From NCBI GenBank assembly GCA_963774265.1, contig CAVZDU010000001.1:864001-928000 (forward strand): a DNA stretch of 64,000 nucleotides, read 5' to 3'. How positions within the stretch are numbered: the stretch's first letter is position 1; every line of letters starts with the position of its first letter. Of the stretch, positions 52,401 to 62,815 are shown one piece after another. The notes under the pieces are model-generated. The model ran no database searches, was not told the DNA's origin, and saw nothing but the letters and a program-made list of their open reading frames with translations. The stretch comes from an uncultured Chloroflexia bacterium (GTDB taxonomy: Bacteria > Chloroflexota > Anaerolineae > CG2-30-64-16). A program made the position numbers and the translations under genes.

Positions 52401-52634
52401 GTCCATCTCGGGCATCAGAATGTCCAGGAGGATCACATCGAATCCCACGGGGGTGGGTGCAAGACTCGCCCTTACCGGAGAGGGCTTTTGCTCCAACAGC
52501 GCGACGGCCTGGCGCCCATCCTCAGCGAGCGTTACGGTATAGCCCTGGTCTGTCAGGAGGCGCGCGAGTTGCTTACGGTTGACGATGTTGTCGTCGACAA
52601 CCAGGACGCGCCCGGTTCCCTGCGAGTCGGGCAT
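49443..52634 (-). CDS. Response regulator - tandem class III adenylate cyclase - helical/TPR - HD phosphohydrolase
   Basis: REC (VVDD, LLDILMP, DYLPKP); FADISGFT, FAGDA, GDKG, GDRVNLAARL; YH...H, YHDIG, DADL. Confidence 0.85.
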   Translation of the reverse strand: MPDSQGTGRVLVVDDNIVNRKQLARLLTDQGYTVTLAEDGRQAVALLEQKPSPVRASLAPTPVGFDVILLDILMPEMDGYQVLAHVKALPHLRHIPVIMISALDEIDSVVRCIQLGATDYLPKPFKPALLQARLQASLAQKRLRDLELEYLEQAGRVADAAQAVESGRFDPATLDAVGAREDALGRLARVFQRMAREVYLREQRLRQQLEQLRLDMEEMKRAQGEPLTVYIPVDRQHALARGETLPDRATGAALFADISGFTPLTGALAQELGLERGAEELTRTISQIYTALIDEVHRYGGSVIGFAGDAITCWFDDATSLPRAQGVPAELVAVACGLAMQEAMALCNTVTTPQGATFELAAKVAVVAGPVRRLLVGDPGIQVIEAIAGRTLDRLAAAEHAANRGEVVVGGDIVERSTLQLTIREWRTDDRDRPIAVVCGPVEGVSPTPWPELPTEGLSDAEYRPWVLPAVYERARSDHKQFLSELRPVSALFLNFKGIDYDADEEAGTKLDAYVRWVQRVAEGYEAIFDHLTMGDKGSYICLAFGAPIAHSDDETRAVCAALELLSPPPELAFMGSIRIGVAVGQALVGTYGGRGRRTYGIQGDRVNLAARLMIAAPEGDILCDEEICRAAQGQVAFTALPPIRVKGFMQPVVVYRPTGVSAGEAKGMAPYSTAIRNRLDHLSPSEQLVLKVASVLGTTFVSTMLREIFPVDSEKAHLNDLLDGLAEQGLLICGAGGVADRSYAFADGAVHHAAYTSMLFMQRRRLHRRAAEKYEENYRSDLSPWYVILAHHWRHGGEPAKAIEYLETAGKQAQAHGAFGEAEQLLCESLELDAQSAVLSSAYYWEPSLWDGDGTAHAGPDFEGAIRYALNRLERELAPELTYHSLAHTRDDVLPATQCLATLVGVSPEDAQLLEIGAVYHDIGFVVQRPRGTVPSHEHERAGAEIAAQVLPRFGFTSEQVAAVQGMILATRLPQSPRTPLEEILADADLDNLGRDDALDRSQALRAELAALGAPVSETEWYRRQLKFSREHRYFTTAARRLRDEGKRKNIEALIRLLNMIG

Positions 52635-52635
52635 A

Positions 52636-52995
52636 TCAACTCCTCTCCCGAATGGCCCCCAACGCGGCGTGTGCCTGCTGGTATCCTGCGGCGATGCGGG
52701 CCAGCAGGTCGGTTCCACCCTCGAGAGATCCCGCCTTGGCCAGTATCTCCAGCTCCCGGCATTGTCCCGATAGGGCCAGCGCGCCGAAGTTGGCGCAGTT
52801 GGATTTGAGGCTGTGCGCCGCGCGGCGCACAGCCTCGGCGTCACCCGCGGCCAGTCCTGCCCGCGCGACCCCCAACTGCCGGGGCGAATCCTCGAAGAAT
52901 GTGTCGAGCATTTCTCCGAAAAACTCCATGTCCCCACCGAAGCTTTCCAGAAGTCCGTCCAGCACGGTGCGGTCAATGACGTTGTCTTGTTGCAT
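52636..52995 (-). CDS. Hpt phosphotransfer protein
   Basis: AAHSLKS...FGA..LS..C.ELE. Confidence 0.9.
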   Translation of the reverse strand: MQQDNVIDRTVLDGLLESFGGDMEFFGEMLDTFFEDSPRQLGVARAGLAAGDAEAVRRAAHSLKSNCANFGALALSGQCRELEILAKAGSLEGGTDLLARIAAGYQQAHAALGAIRERS

Positions 52996-53025
52996 GATGC
53001 TTTCCCCTATCCTACACGCCACATT

Positions 53026-56000
53026 CTACGCTGTTCCCTGGCACCGAGCGAGCGCAGCCACGAGGTCTTCCACCCGGATGGGCTTGGAGAGGTAGTCATC
53101 CATGCCGGCCTCAAGGCACAGCTCCCGGTCGCCCTGCATCGCGTTGGCCGTCATGGCGATGATGCGCGGCCGGGAGTCTGCCGGCCAACGGGCGCAGATT
53201 TTCCGGGTCGCCTCCAGGCCGTCCATCTCGGGCATCTGCACGTCCATCAGGATCACGTCGTACGGCTGGCGCTCCACCGCCTGGATGGCCTCCAGTCCGT
53301 TCGCGGCCACGTCCGCGCGGTAGCCCATCTGCGCAAGTAACCGCAATGCCAGTTTCTGGTTCACTGCGTTGTCCTCGGCCAGCAGGATGCGCAGCGGATG
53401 GCGCGCCGCCATCGCGGGATCAAGCGCGGGCCGGGCTGCAGCGACGGCCGGCGCGGCCTGCGGTCGCGCGGCGAAGATGCCAGCTAGCGCATCGAACAGC
53501 GCCGAGGGCCGGATCGGCTTGGCCAGGCTGGTGGCAAAGAGGCCGGCAGGGAGGTCCTGACCATGACCGCCCAATGACGAGAGCAGGATCAAGGGCAGAC
53601 GAGGGCTGGATTGGAGATTGAAGATTGAAGATTGCTCAGCCGTCGTAGGTGCCCGATCTTCAAGCTTCGATCTTTCATCTTCAATTCGTCGTATGGCCGT
53701 CGCCAACTCCACGCCGGTCATCTCCGGCATGTGCAGGTCCAGGATCGCTACATCGAACGCGTCCCCGTGGCGCAGCCACGTCAGCGCCTCGAGGGGTGAA
53801 CCGGTGGCACACGAGAGCATCCCCCAGCCCTGGGTCTGGAGCGTAAGGATGCGCCGGTTCGTGGCGTTGTCGTCCACGATCAAGACGCGGCGGCCAGCCA
53901 GTTGCAACTGCACGTCGGCCAGGTGGGGCCGCGGATGAAAGTCGGGGGCCGGCCGGGCAGCAATCGTGAAATGAAAGGTCGAACCCTGGCCTGCGCCCGC
54001 GCTCTCCGCCCACATCATGCCGCCCATCATCTCTGCCAGCCGCTTGCTCACCGCCAGCCCGAGACCGGTGCCGCCGTAACGCCGCGTGGTGGAGGCATCC
54101 ACCTGGGAAAACGCCCGGAATAGTCGATCCAGCCGGTCGGCCGGGATGCCGATGCCGGTGTCGCGGATGGCGAAGTGGAGGCTGTACCTCTCCCCCAGGC
54201 CCTCCCCGCGCAGGGGAGGGGTGAGGGGTGGGGTCCGTTCTACGGTCATCACAACCTCGCCCGTTTCGGTGAACTTGATCGCATTGCTCAATAGATTGAC
54301 CAGGATCTGGCGCAGACGGGTGACGTCGCCGACGATGACCGCGGGCACGTCGGCGGCTATCTGGTAGGCCAGCTCCAGCCCCTCCCCCGCGGCCTTGATG
54401 TGCAGCAGGTCCAGCGCCGACTCCACGCATTCGCGCAGGTCGAAGGGCTGCTGCTCCATCTCCATCTTGCCGGCCTCAATCTTCGAGAAATCCAGGATGT
54501 CGTTGATGATGGTCAGGAGCGCGTCGCCGCTAGACCGGATGGTCTCCGCGAAGTCGCGCTGCTCGGCGTTCAGGGGCGTGTCCATCAGCAGACCGCTCAT
54601 GCCGATGATGGCATTCAGCGGCGTGCGGATTTCGTGGCTCATCGTCGCCAGGAACGCGCTCTTGGCCTGCGTCGCCGCTTCGGCGGTGGCCTTCGCCTGT
54701 CGTAGCTCCACCTGCGCCCGTTTCTGCTCCTCCAGGAGTTGGTAATTCTGGACGAGAACGGCTGTCTGGCTGCTGATCGCTTCGGCAAGTTGCGCATCAT
54801 GCCGGCCGATGTCAGCTCCGTCGGATGGTCGTCCCAAGCACACCACCCCCACTGCCTGCTGCTGGGAGTTGCTGATGGGTGCGATCACCAGCTTGCCGAG
54901 AGCTCGCCGCGATTCGCCCCGCATTCCAAACAAGCTCCTCTCGCTGGTCAATGGGTCATTGATGACCAGGTAGCGGCCCTCGAGCACGCACTGCGCTGCC
55001 AGATCGCCGGCAGTGTGGCCGCACACCTCGAACTGCATCAGGTCAGCGGGGAGGCCGGGGAAGTGTCCGGCGATGCCGCGCAAGGCGTCCGGGCCTTCGG
55101 TCACCTGGTTGTCGTCGGATCGGTTCACCAGAGCAACCCACCAGCGATCCATGTCGACCGATTGGAACATGGACAGCAGCGCTTTCCGCCCCATGTCATA
55201 GTCTGCGGATAGCACCCGATAGGGCACGACGGACATATCGGGGAAGCAGGCTGCAATCTCTTCCGAGAAACCTTGAGCGCGTTGGCGAGCGGTGTACAGG
55301 TCTGAGTAGATAACGGCCACGCGCCCCCGGCCGCCCAATCGATGACTCAGGAAACGGGCTGCCAGGCGCCCGCCACCGCGATTGTCGGCGCCTACATGCG
55401 TGGCAACTTCTACCCCTGCCATTGGCTGATCCAGGGACACGACCGGTATGCCCCGTTGCAGCGCGCGCTGCGCTACGGGCGCGAGCGTGTACTCATTCAG
55501 GGGCACCAGGATCAACGCATCGATGCCGGCGGCAAGCATCTCTTTGACGGCAGCCGCCTGCTCCAGGGCCCGCGTCTCGTGATGTCCCGCCAGGATCAGT
55601 TCGACGCCGGCCTCCGCAGCCGCCATCTGCACTCCGTCGCGAATCTCGCGATAGCCGGCATTTGTCTCATAGTCGCCCAACGCCACACCCAGGGTATACC
55701 GCCGGCTCACCGTCGGCATGATGGCCGGGTCAGTTACGATGGGCTGTTCACCGTCGGTTATGAGTTGCACGGGGAGCAGGACCTCGGCTCCCATCGGCAG
55801 ACCCTCCAACGCCTGCAACGCGGCGATGACCCCGCGCCGTCCGAGTTCGCCCAGGTCTTGCCCGATCGTGGCGCACAGCTTTCCGGCGCGCAGCCCGTCC
55901 CGTCCCAGGTCCGACGCGTTGTAGCCTATCGCCCGAAGATCGTCGTGGCCCAGCTCCCGAGCCGTCTCGATCGCAGCCAACGCCATTTCGTCGTTGACCG

Positions 56001-58128
56001 CAAACACCGCCTCAACGCCGGTGCCCACCTCCAGCACGCCGTCGAACAGGCCGCTCAGGGTCTCAGGCAGGTTTTCGCTGAGCTTCCCAAATCGGCTGAC
56101 CCGGTATAACGCAGTGGCCTGGGCAATCTCCCGGTGCAACTCCTCTTCGGCCTGCTTGCGCTCGGTGATGTCGCGGATGATTTCGATCGCGCCGACGGCA
56201 TTGCCCTCAGCGTCGCGCAGGACGGATGCGGTGCCCATCAGATAGTGCGCACTTCCCCGCAAACGCGGCGCGTAGGTTTCGCCGACCAGGACGGAACCAT
56301 GCCGCTGGATCTGGGCGTGTTCTTTGTCCAGATCCTCCTGCGATTTGAACACCAGGTCGATCAGGATCGGCTGTCGCTTGCCGTAGAAGGGGAGGGCGTA
56401 TTCGTAGTCACCCTTGCCCAGTATCTCCTCCGCCGGGATCCCCGTCATCTCTTCAATGGCCCGGTTCCAGGCGATGACGCGGCCTTCCCCGTCAATCACG
56501 ACCGTTGCATCGGGCAGGAAGTTGATGATGTCGGTCAACCGGCGCTGCGTCTCCTGGGCGGTCGAGTAGAGTCGCGCATTGTCCAGGATGACGGAAGCGA
56601 GCTGGGCAAAGCGGCTCAGGAGTTCTGCCTCCTCCGCGCCGAAGCTCCGGCTTGATTCCGCGCCATACGCCAGGCCGATGACGCCCACAACATGCTCGCC
56701 GGAGGTGAAAGGCACGCCCATGATGCCGCGCATCACACCGCGATCGAACGTTGCTAAGCGGCCGGACCAGGCGTCGTAGTCGTCGATGACCACAGGGTGA
56801 CCTGTCTGCCAAACCGTCCCCACCAGGCCATCCCCCGGCTTCCTATATTCGCCGACCAACCGAGCGAGCGCACCGATGCCGACCTTGCACACCATCTCCG
56901 CTTTCCCTGGATCCAACAGATAGAGGAACCCATGCGGCGCATGCAGCAGTTGGCTAGCTCGCGTGATCAGCGTCTCCAGTAGCTCGTTCACGTCCAGCCG
57001 GCTGATCAGCCCCACGGTCGTCTCGTATAAAGCGGCCAGGTACTGATTTTGCCGCACCATCTCTTCCAGGAGTGCGTCCCGTTCGCGGTTGGCCTCTTTC
57101 GCGACGACTTGGGCCTGCTTCTGTTCGGTCATATCGCGCAACAGCAGCAGGTGTCCGACGATCAGCCCGCGATAATCCTTGAGTGGGGAGAGATCCGGAG
57201 CGTAGTACCGGGCGCCGGAACCCCCCAGGCTGATTTCGGTTGGCTCTGCCACCCCCCCGGCAAGCTGTTCGATGAGATCGGGGCATGCCGGCAGGAGATC
57301 CTGCAATGTTTTGCCGCGGGCCCGCGCGGCTGAAGTAGACAACATGCTTGCCGCCGCGGGGTTCAGGTCGGCGATTCGCCACCGGGCATCCAAGATCACC
57401 ATCCCTTCGCGCATCTGCGCGATCACCGTTTTGCGGGCAGCGTGCAACTGGTCGAAGATGCGGAAGCCGAACAGTGCGATGGCATATGATCCGAAGAGGA
57501 GTGCCAATTCGATAATGAGGGGGTCCAGCGCATTTGTAAGTCTCACGTTGACGACGTCCAGCGCGTACACGACCCGGCCCACAATCATCCCGAACACCAT
57601 CAGCGCCACCGGCAGGCGATGCTGCGGCGAGCGGACGAACAGCCAGAGGAAAGCGGCGATATTGACCAGGATGAGGCTCATTCCATAGCCGGTCCCGATT
57701 CGGTTGCCAATGCCGCGTAGCGGTTGGACAGCCCCATCGACCGCGAACCCGAGCCACATGAGGTGATGGAGATCGTTGGTGATGATCAGCAACAGGCCCA
57801 AGAGGGGAGGAATAGACAGCAGGATCAGGTTGCGGCGGGTCAGCCAGCGTCCGGGGTAGGCATACTCCAGAGCAAAACAAGCCCCGGCGGTGACCAAGGG
57901 CAACTGCCACACCCCTTGGAACTTGAACCAGGCGATTCTCGTCGAAACATCGCCTGCCGCCGATTCAGCGACTGCGCCTGCCAGCCACAGAAACGCGAAC
58001 AGGCAGGCGATCGCGACCGGCTTCGCGCCGGGTACGCTGCGGCGCCGCCAAACGTACAAGCCCAAGGTGCCCAGGAATACCAGAACAGCCAGTCTCGGCC
58101 ATGTGTTGGGCATAGCAAAAAGATCCAT
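53026..58128 (-). CDS. Hybrid histidine kinase: 7TM-PAS-GAF-PAS-GAF (with inserted permuted sugar-binding domain)-HisKA-HATPase-REC-REC
   Basis: [37 protein letters not shown], two receiver domains. Confidence 0.92.
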   Translation of the reverse strand: MDLFAMPNTWPRLAVLVFLGTLGLYVWRRRSVPGAKPVAIACLFAFLWLAGAVAESAAGDVSTRIAWFKFQGVWQLPLVTAGACFALEYAYPGRWLTRRNLILLSIPPLLGLLLIITNDLHHLMWLGFAVDGAVQPLRGIGNRIGTGYGMSLILVNIAAFLWLFVRSPQHRLPVALMVFGMIVGRVVYALDVVNVRLTNALDPLIIELALLFGSYAIALFGFRIFDQLHAARKTVIAQMREGMVILDARWRIADLNPAAASMLSTSAARARGKTLQDLLPACPDLIEQLAGGVAEPTEISLGGSGARYYAPDLSPLKDYRGLIVGHLLLLRDMTEQKQAQVVAKEANRERDALLEEMVRQNQYLAALYETTVGLISRLDVNELLETLITRASQLLHAPHGFLYLLDPGKAEMVCKVGIGALARLVGEYRKPGDGLVGTVWQTGHPVVIDDYDAWSGRLATFDRGVMRGIMGVPFTSGEHVVGVIGLAYGAESSRSFGAEEAELLSRFAQLASVILDNARLYSTAQETQRRLTDIINFLPDATVVIDGEGRVIAWNRAIEEMTGIPAEEILGKGDYEYALPFYGKRQPILIDLVFKSQEDLDKEHAQIQRHGSVLVGETYAPRLRGSAHYLMGTASVLRDAEGNAVGAIEIIRDITERKQAEEELHREIAQATALYRVSRFGKLSENLPETLSGLFDGVLEVGTGVEAVFAVNDEMALAAIETARELGHDDLRAIGYNASDLGRDGLRAGKLCATIGQDLGELGRRGVIAALQALEGLPMGAEVLLPVQLITDGEQPIVTDPAIMPTVSRRYTLGVALGDYETNAGYREIRDGVQMAAAEAGVELILAGHHETRALEQAAAVKEMLAAGIDALILVPLNEYTLAPVAQRALQRGIPVVSLDQPMAGVEVATHVGADNRGGGRLAARFLSHRLGGRGRVAVIYSDLYTARQRAQGFSEEIAACFPDMSVVPYRVLSADYDMGRKALLSMFQSVDMDRWWVALVNRSDDNQVTEGPDALRGIAGHFPGLPADLMQFEVCGHTAGDLAAQCVLEGRYLVINDPLTSERSLFGMRGESRRALGKLVIAPISNSQQQAVGVVCLGRPSDGADIGRHDAQLAEAISSQTAVLVQNYQLLEEQKRAQVELRQAKATAEAATQAKSAFLATMSHEIRTPLNAIIGMSGLLMDTPLNAEQRDFAETIRSSGDALLTIINDILDFSKIEAGKMEMEQQPFDLRECVESALDLLHIKAAGEGLELAYQIAADVPAVIVGDVTRLRQILVNLLSNAIKFTETGEVVMTVERTPPLTPPLRGEGLGERYSLHFAIRDTGIGIPADRLDRLFRAFSQVDASTTRRYGGTGLGLAVSKRLAEMMGGMMWAESAGAGQGSTFHFTIAARPAPDFHPRPHLADVQLQLAGRRVLIVDDNATNRRILTLQTQGWGMLSCATGSPLEALTWLRHGDAFDVAILDLHMPEMTGVELATAIRRIEDERSKLEDRAPTTAEQSSIFNLQSSPRLPLILLSSLGGHGQDLPAGLFATSLAKPIRPSALFDALAGIFAARPQAAPAVAAARPALDPAMAARHPLRILLAEDNAVNQKLALRLLAQMGYRADVAANGLEAIQAVERQPYDVILMDVQMPEMDGLEATRKICARWPADSRPRIIAMTANAMQGDRELCLEAGMDDYLSKPIRVEDLVAALARCQGTA

Positions 58129-58164
58129 CTTGTTGAGCCTTCCACTGGATCGGTTCTTGTTTGG

Positions 58165-61100
58165 TCAACCTGATTGATCAAGACTGGAGGCCATGCTGCG
58201 GCTCAGCGCCGCCACCAGCTCATCCACACGGATCGGTTTGCTCAAGTAGTCGTCCATGCCGGCCGCCAGGCACAGCTCGCGGTCGCCTTGCATCGCGTTG
58301 GCCGTCATGGCGATGATGCGGGGCCGGGCACCCGCCGACCAATGGGCGCAGATCTGTCGGGTCGCCTCCAGGCCATCCATCTCGGGCATCTGCACGTCCA
58401 TCAGCACCACGTCGTATGGTTGGCGCTCTATCGCCTGGATGGCTTCCAGCCCGTTCGCGGCTACGTCCGCGCGGTAGCCCATCTGGGACAAGAGCCGCAG
58501 AGCCAGCTTTTGGTTCACCGCGTTGTCTTCGGCGAGCAGGATGCGCAGTGGATGGCGCGCCGCCATCTCAGGATCGAGCGCGGCCCTGGCCGGAGTGGTC
58601 CGCGCAGGCTGGCGCGACTGAGCAGGCTGTCGCTCAAAGACACCGAGCAGGGCATCAAATAGCGCCGACGGCCTGATTGGCTTGGTCAGGCTGGCTGCGA
58701 ATAGATCCGGGTCGACCCCAGCCTCGCGGCCGCCCAATGACGAGAGGAGGATCAAGGACAGACGAGGACTGGATTTAAGATTTAAGATTGAAGATTGCTC
58801 AGCCGTCGTAGGTGCCCGATCTTCAAGCTTCAATCTTTCATCTTCAATTCGCCGTATGGCCTCGGCCAGTTCCGCCCCCGTCATTTCAGGCATGCGCTGA
58901 TCCAGGATGGCCAGGTCGAAGGGCTCGCCGCCGTCCAGCCAGTCCAGTGCCTCCTTTGGCGAGGCAGTGGCGCGCGAGAGCATCCCCCAACCCTGCGTCT
59001 GAAGGGTCAGAATGCGCCGGTTGGTGGCGTTGTCGTCCACGATCAGCACGCGGCGGCCAGCCAATTGTGGTTGCTCGCCGGTCAGGTGGGGACGGGTCTT
59101 CAACTCAGTGGCTGCCTGCGCAACGATCGTGAAATGGAAGGCGCAACCGGGCCCTCCCTTGGCCTCTTCGTCCAGGAGGAGTGCAGGCGCTGCCGGCGAC
59201 TCGACCCACATCGTGCCACCCATCATCTCGGCCAGCCGCTTGCTGACGGCCAGGCCGAGGCCGGTGCCGCCGTATTTGCGGGTGGTGGACGCGTCCACCT
59301 GGCTGAAGGCCTGGAACAGGCGGTCGAGGCGGTCAGGTGGAACGCCGATGCCGGTGTCGCGGACGGCGAAGTGCAGTGACACGGAGAGGGGGAGACGCAG
59401 CGAAGGGGAGAAGGTTTCCGTTTCCCCCAAGTGCCGGTCACTGTCAGCCGCGTCCGTGTCTCTCGTCACGGTCACCACCACTTCGCCTGTTTCGGTGAAC
59501 TTGACCGCGTTGCTGAGCAGGTTGACCAGGATCTGGCGCAGGCGCGTGACGTCGCCGACGATGGCTGCGGTGTATCGGGGGCCGATCTGGTAGGCCAGGT
59601 CCAGCCCTTTCTCGGCGGCCTTGATGCGCAGCAGGTCCAGCGCCGACTCCACGCACTCGCGCAGGTCGAAGGGCTGTTGCTCCAGCTCCAACTTGCCGGC
59701 CTCGATCTTGGAGAAGTCGAGGATGTCGTTGATGATCGTCAGCAGGGCATCCCCGCTGTTGCGGATCGTCTCGGCGAAGTCGCGCTGCTCGGCGGTGAGG
59801 GGGGTGTCGAGCAGCAGACCGCTCATGCCGATGATGGCGTTCATCGGGGTGCGGATTTCGTGGCTCATCATGGCCAGGAAGGCGCTTTTGGCCTGGGTGG
59901 CGGCCTCTGCGGTCTGACGCGCTTGCTGCAGATCGCTGATGTCATGGTAAATCACCAGGGTGCTGACTTGCTTGCCCTCGATGATCACCGGCACGGCATG
60001 CAGCTCGACATCCACAAAGCTGCCATCCCGACGGTTTCGACGCGCGATGGCGTGGACGACGGCGCCGGCTTCCGCCCTCTGGGAATAGGCGGCGGCCTCT
60101 GCCCGGACGGTATCGGTCGTCACAAGATCATCGACATTATGGCCGATCGCTTCTTCCTGGAGGTACCCAAACAGGCTCTCGGCCGCTGGGTTCCAAGAGA
60201 GGACGTTGGCATTCTGGTCAACCACGACGACGGCCGCGGGGGTGTTCAGAACCAGGGATTCGAAGTACCGCTTCTCTCGCTGCACCTCACCGTACAATCG
60301 AGCGTTTTCCAGTGCGATGGCTGCCTGGTTGGCGATGGCTTCCAGAAGTGCCTGATCCGACGCATCGTAGGCATTCGGGTCCGTGTAGTGCTGCAGGATG
60401 ATCACACCCAGCACACGCTCGCCCGTCTCGTCTAAGTGCCGGGCACTTTCGGAGTCCGACCCCGCAGCTCCAATCACCATGGGCACGCCCAGCCATGACG
60501 CAGCCGGCGGCCCGTAGACCGCAACGCCTGTCATGGCCGTGAGTTCCTCTGCTGACACATTTTGCACGAAGACCGACTTGCCGTGCTTGACGATATAACC
60601 CGCCATGCAACCATCAAGCGGAAGCCGGGTGCCCGGCTGCACCTCGCCCGGGTTGCGGCTGAGGACATACTCAACCTCTTGGCGGCCAGGGTCATAGAGC
60701 GCGATGATCATGTTTTCGGCATACATCACGCGCGCCGTCTGCTCGGCCATGAGCTCGAACAGACCCTGCAAGTCCAGCCTGGACGACAGGGCCTGGCCGA
60801 TGTCGGACAGCAGTCGATAGCGCGTCTCACTCCGCTGTACAGCTTCCTCCGCAACCTTGCGCTCCGTAATGTCGCGGATGATTTCGATCGCGCCCACGTT
60901 GTTGCCCCTGGCGTCGCGCAGAACGGATGCCGTGCCCAGTAGATAGCGTGCGCCCCCCCGGAGATGGGGCACGTAGGTTTCGCCGATCAGAGTGGCGCCA
61001 TGTCGTTGGACCTGAGTATATTTCTGCTCCAGCTCTTCTTCGGGCGTGAACACCAGGTCGATCAAGATCGGTCGTCGCTCGCCGTAGAAGGGGAGCGCGT

Positions 61101-62802
61101 ATTCGTAGTCACCCTTGCCCAAAATCTCCCCCGCTGGGATCCCCGTCATCTCCTCGATGGTCCGGTTCCAGGCAATGACGCGCCCTTCTGCATTGATCAC
61201 CAGCGTCGCATCGGGCAGGAAGTTGATGATGTCGGTTAGCCGGCGCTGCGATTCGATAATGGCGTCTTCGGCACGTTTGAGTTCGCTCAGGTCATGGTAG
61301 ATCGTAAGAATGTAGGGGCTCTGTCCGGCGGCGATGAGCGGGGTGCTGAAAATTTCCACATCGACCAGGCTGCGGTCCTGCCGGCAGCGACGGGTAATCA
61401 CATGGAACCCTATGCCTGAACGTGCAGCTTGGGTCAAGCTATATGCTTCCTCATAGTACTCCGGCATACTCGGGTCAGAGATCAAAGTGTCGAGCTCCTG
61501 CCCCAAAGCGGCCTGGCAGGTGAAACCAAACAGCGTCTCGGCCGCCGGATTCCAGGAGGCCACGCGGCCATCCTGGTCTGTGGTGACGATCGCAACCGGG
61601 CTTGACTGCACCAGCGTTTCGAAGAGTTGCTTTTGGCCCTGCATCTCTGTGAACATGCGCGCGTTCTTGACCGCGGCGCCGATAATGGATGCGAGTGTCT
61701 GTAGCAAATGGATGTCGGAATCCGCAAAGGCGTCTTCTTTCTCATAATCGTCCAGTACGATCAGGCCGGTGGACTGACCAGCGACGATAATCGGCACCCC
61801 GGCAACGGACTTGCTCATCGTCGTGCCGGGCAGTGGCTTCCAACCCAGTTCTGCCCAGCGGCGTTCTGTGTCCCGATTGGCGACGAAAGGCTGCTGGGTC
61901 TTGAGTACATGGGCCGATAGACTGATCGGCTCATGGGGCTCGATGGTCAGCCGCTGTCCGTGATCGTACTCGCACACGTAGTGGAGGAGGTTGGTCGCCG
62001 GATCATAAAGTCGTATGCCGATATCTGCCGTGCCAAAAATCGTACGCAGCTGGTCGGCAGCCAAGTCGATGAGATCCTGGAACTCGAGTTTGGAGACCAG
62101 CCCTTGCTGGACACTGTTGATGATGGCCAGTTCGGCGGTGCGTTCCTGCACCTTCTGTTCCAAGGTTTCGTTGGTTTTCTCCAGCAAAGCCTGCGCCTGG
62201 GCCAGCTCCGCCCGCGAGCGGCGCTCAGTGTCGATCAGCTGCTCCTGGAAGCGTTGGAACAGCGTGAGCAGCACAATGGCGACGGCCAGAAGCATCAGCG
62301 AGGTGCTGCCCTCGATGACCCAATCAGCCAATCGCTGGGAGTTCTGCACGATTACAAGGTAGGGCAGCAGGAGGCCGCGATCGGCAAGAACGGCGAAGAT
62401 CGCCAGGATAAGAACGCTGAGTGCCGACAGGAGGGCGCCAGCACGCGTGCCCACGAGGATTAGCGCTATGATGGGCAGCACGATCAGGTAGTCGCGGCCA
62501 CTGCCGGCCAGGCCGCCGCGCGCCAGGCTTACGATGGCCGCAGCATATCCCAACAGCAGGAGGCCCGACGCACGTATCCGGCTGTCCAGGCTCCGCCAGA
62601 GCGCCAGCACACCCAGGAGCAGCAGCATGACCGTAAAGAGCGCGACAGCAGGCCATTGGTCTGGCTGCCGCGCAGCGGCAAAGAAGGTCATGCCGAGAAT
62701 GGGGATGCACGCGATCGCGGCGATGGCAAGGAAGCCGGTCAGGATTCTTGTGCGCCACTCTGCCAGCATGGACCGGGTTTCGGCGCCATTATTTGGTTTC
62801 AT
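58165..62802 (-). CDS. Hybrid histidine kinase: multi-TM-GAF-PAS-PAS-GAF-PAS-HisKA-HATPase-REC-REC
   Basis: [16 protein letters not shown] boxes, two receiver domains. Confidence 0.92.
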   Translation of the reverse strand: MKPNNGAETRSMLAEWRTRILTGFLAIAAIACIPILGMTFFAAARQPDQWPAVALFTVMLLLLGVLALWRSLDSRIRASGLLLLGYAAAIVSLARGGLAGSGRDYLIVLPIIALILVGTRAGALLSALSVLILAIFAVLADRGLLLPYLVIVQNSQRLADWVIEGSTSLMLLAVAIVLLTLFQRFQEQLIDTERRSRAELAQAQALLEKTNETLEQKVQERTAELAIINSVQQGLVSKLEFQDLIDLAADQLRTIFGTADIGIRLYDPATNLLHYVCEYDHGQRLTIEPHEPISLSAHVLKTQQPFVANRDTERRWAELGWKPLPGTTMSKSVAGVPIIVAGQSTGLIVLDDYEKEDAFADSDIHLLQTLASIIGAAVKNARMFTEMQGQKQLFETLVQSSPVAIVTTDQDGRVASWNPAAETLFGFTCQAALGQELDTLISDPSMPEYYEEAYSLTQAARSGIGFHVITRRCRQDRSLVDVEIFSTPLIAAGQSPYILTIYHDLSELKRAEDAIIESQRRLTDIINFLPDATLVINAEGRVIAWNRTIEEMTGIPAGEILGKGDYEYALPFYGERRPILIDLVFTPEEELEQKYTQVQRHGATLIGETYVPHLRGGARYLLGTASVLRDARGNNVGAIEIIRDITERKVAEEAVQRSETRYRLLSDIGQALSSRLDLQGLFELMAEQTARVMYAENMIIALYDPGRQEVEYVLSRNPGEVQPGTRLPLDGCMAGYIVKHGKSVFVQNVSAEELTAMTGVAVYGPPAASWLGVPMVIGAAGSDSESARHLDETGERVLGVIILQHYTDPNAYDASDQALLEAIANQAAIALENARLYGEVQREKRYFESLVLNTPAAVVVVDQNANVLSWNPAAESLFGYLQEEAIGHNVDDLVTTDTVRAEAAAYSQRAEAGAVVHAIARRNRRDGSFVDVELHAVPVIIEGKQVSTLVIYHDISDLQQARQTAEAATQAKSAFLAMMSHEIRTPMNAIIGMSGLLLDTPLTAEQRDFAETIRNSGDALLTIINDILDFSKIEAGKLELEQQPFDLRECVESALDLLRIKAAEKGLDLAYQIGPRYTAAIVGDVTRLRQILVNLLSNAVKFTETGEVVVTVTRDTDAADSDRHLGETETFSPSLRLPLSVSLHFAVRDTGIGVPPDRLDRLFQAFSQVDASTTRKYGGTGLGLAVSKRLAEMMGGTMWVESPAAPALLLDEEAKGGPGCAFHFTIVAQAATELKTRPHLTGEQPQLAGRRVLIVDDNATNRRILTLQTQGWGMLSRATASPKEALDWLDGGEPFDLAILDQRMPEMTGAELAEAIRRIEDERLKLEDRAPTTAEQSSILNLKSSPRLSLILLSSLGGREAGVDPDLFAASLTKPIRPSALFDALLGVFERQPAQSRQPARTTPARAALDPEMAARHPLRILLAEDNAVNQKLALRLLSQMGYRADVAANGLEAIQAIERQPYDVVLMDVQMPEMDGLEATRQICAHWSAGARPRIIAMTANAMQGDRELCLAAGMDDYLSKPIRVDELVAALSRSMASSLDQSG

Positions 62803-62815
62803 ATCGCTTCCCCGA

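Noticed and set aside
52635-52976. N-terminal extension of the cyclase ORF in the ORF track
   Set aside because: It overlaps the Hpt gene in another frame; the real start is the ATG at 52634 with an AGGAG RBS.
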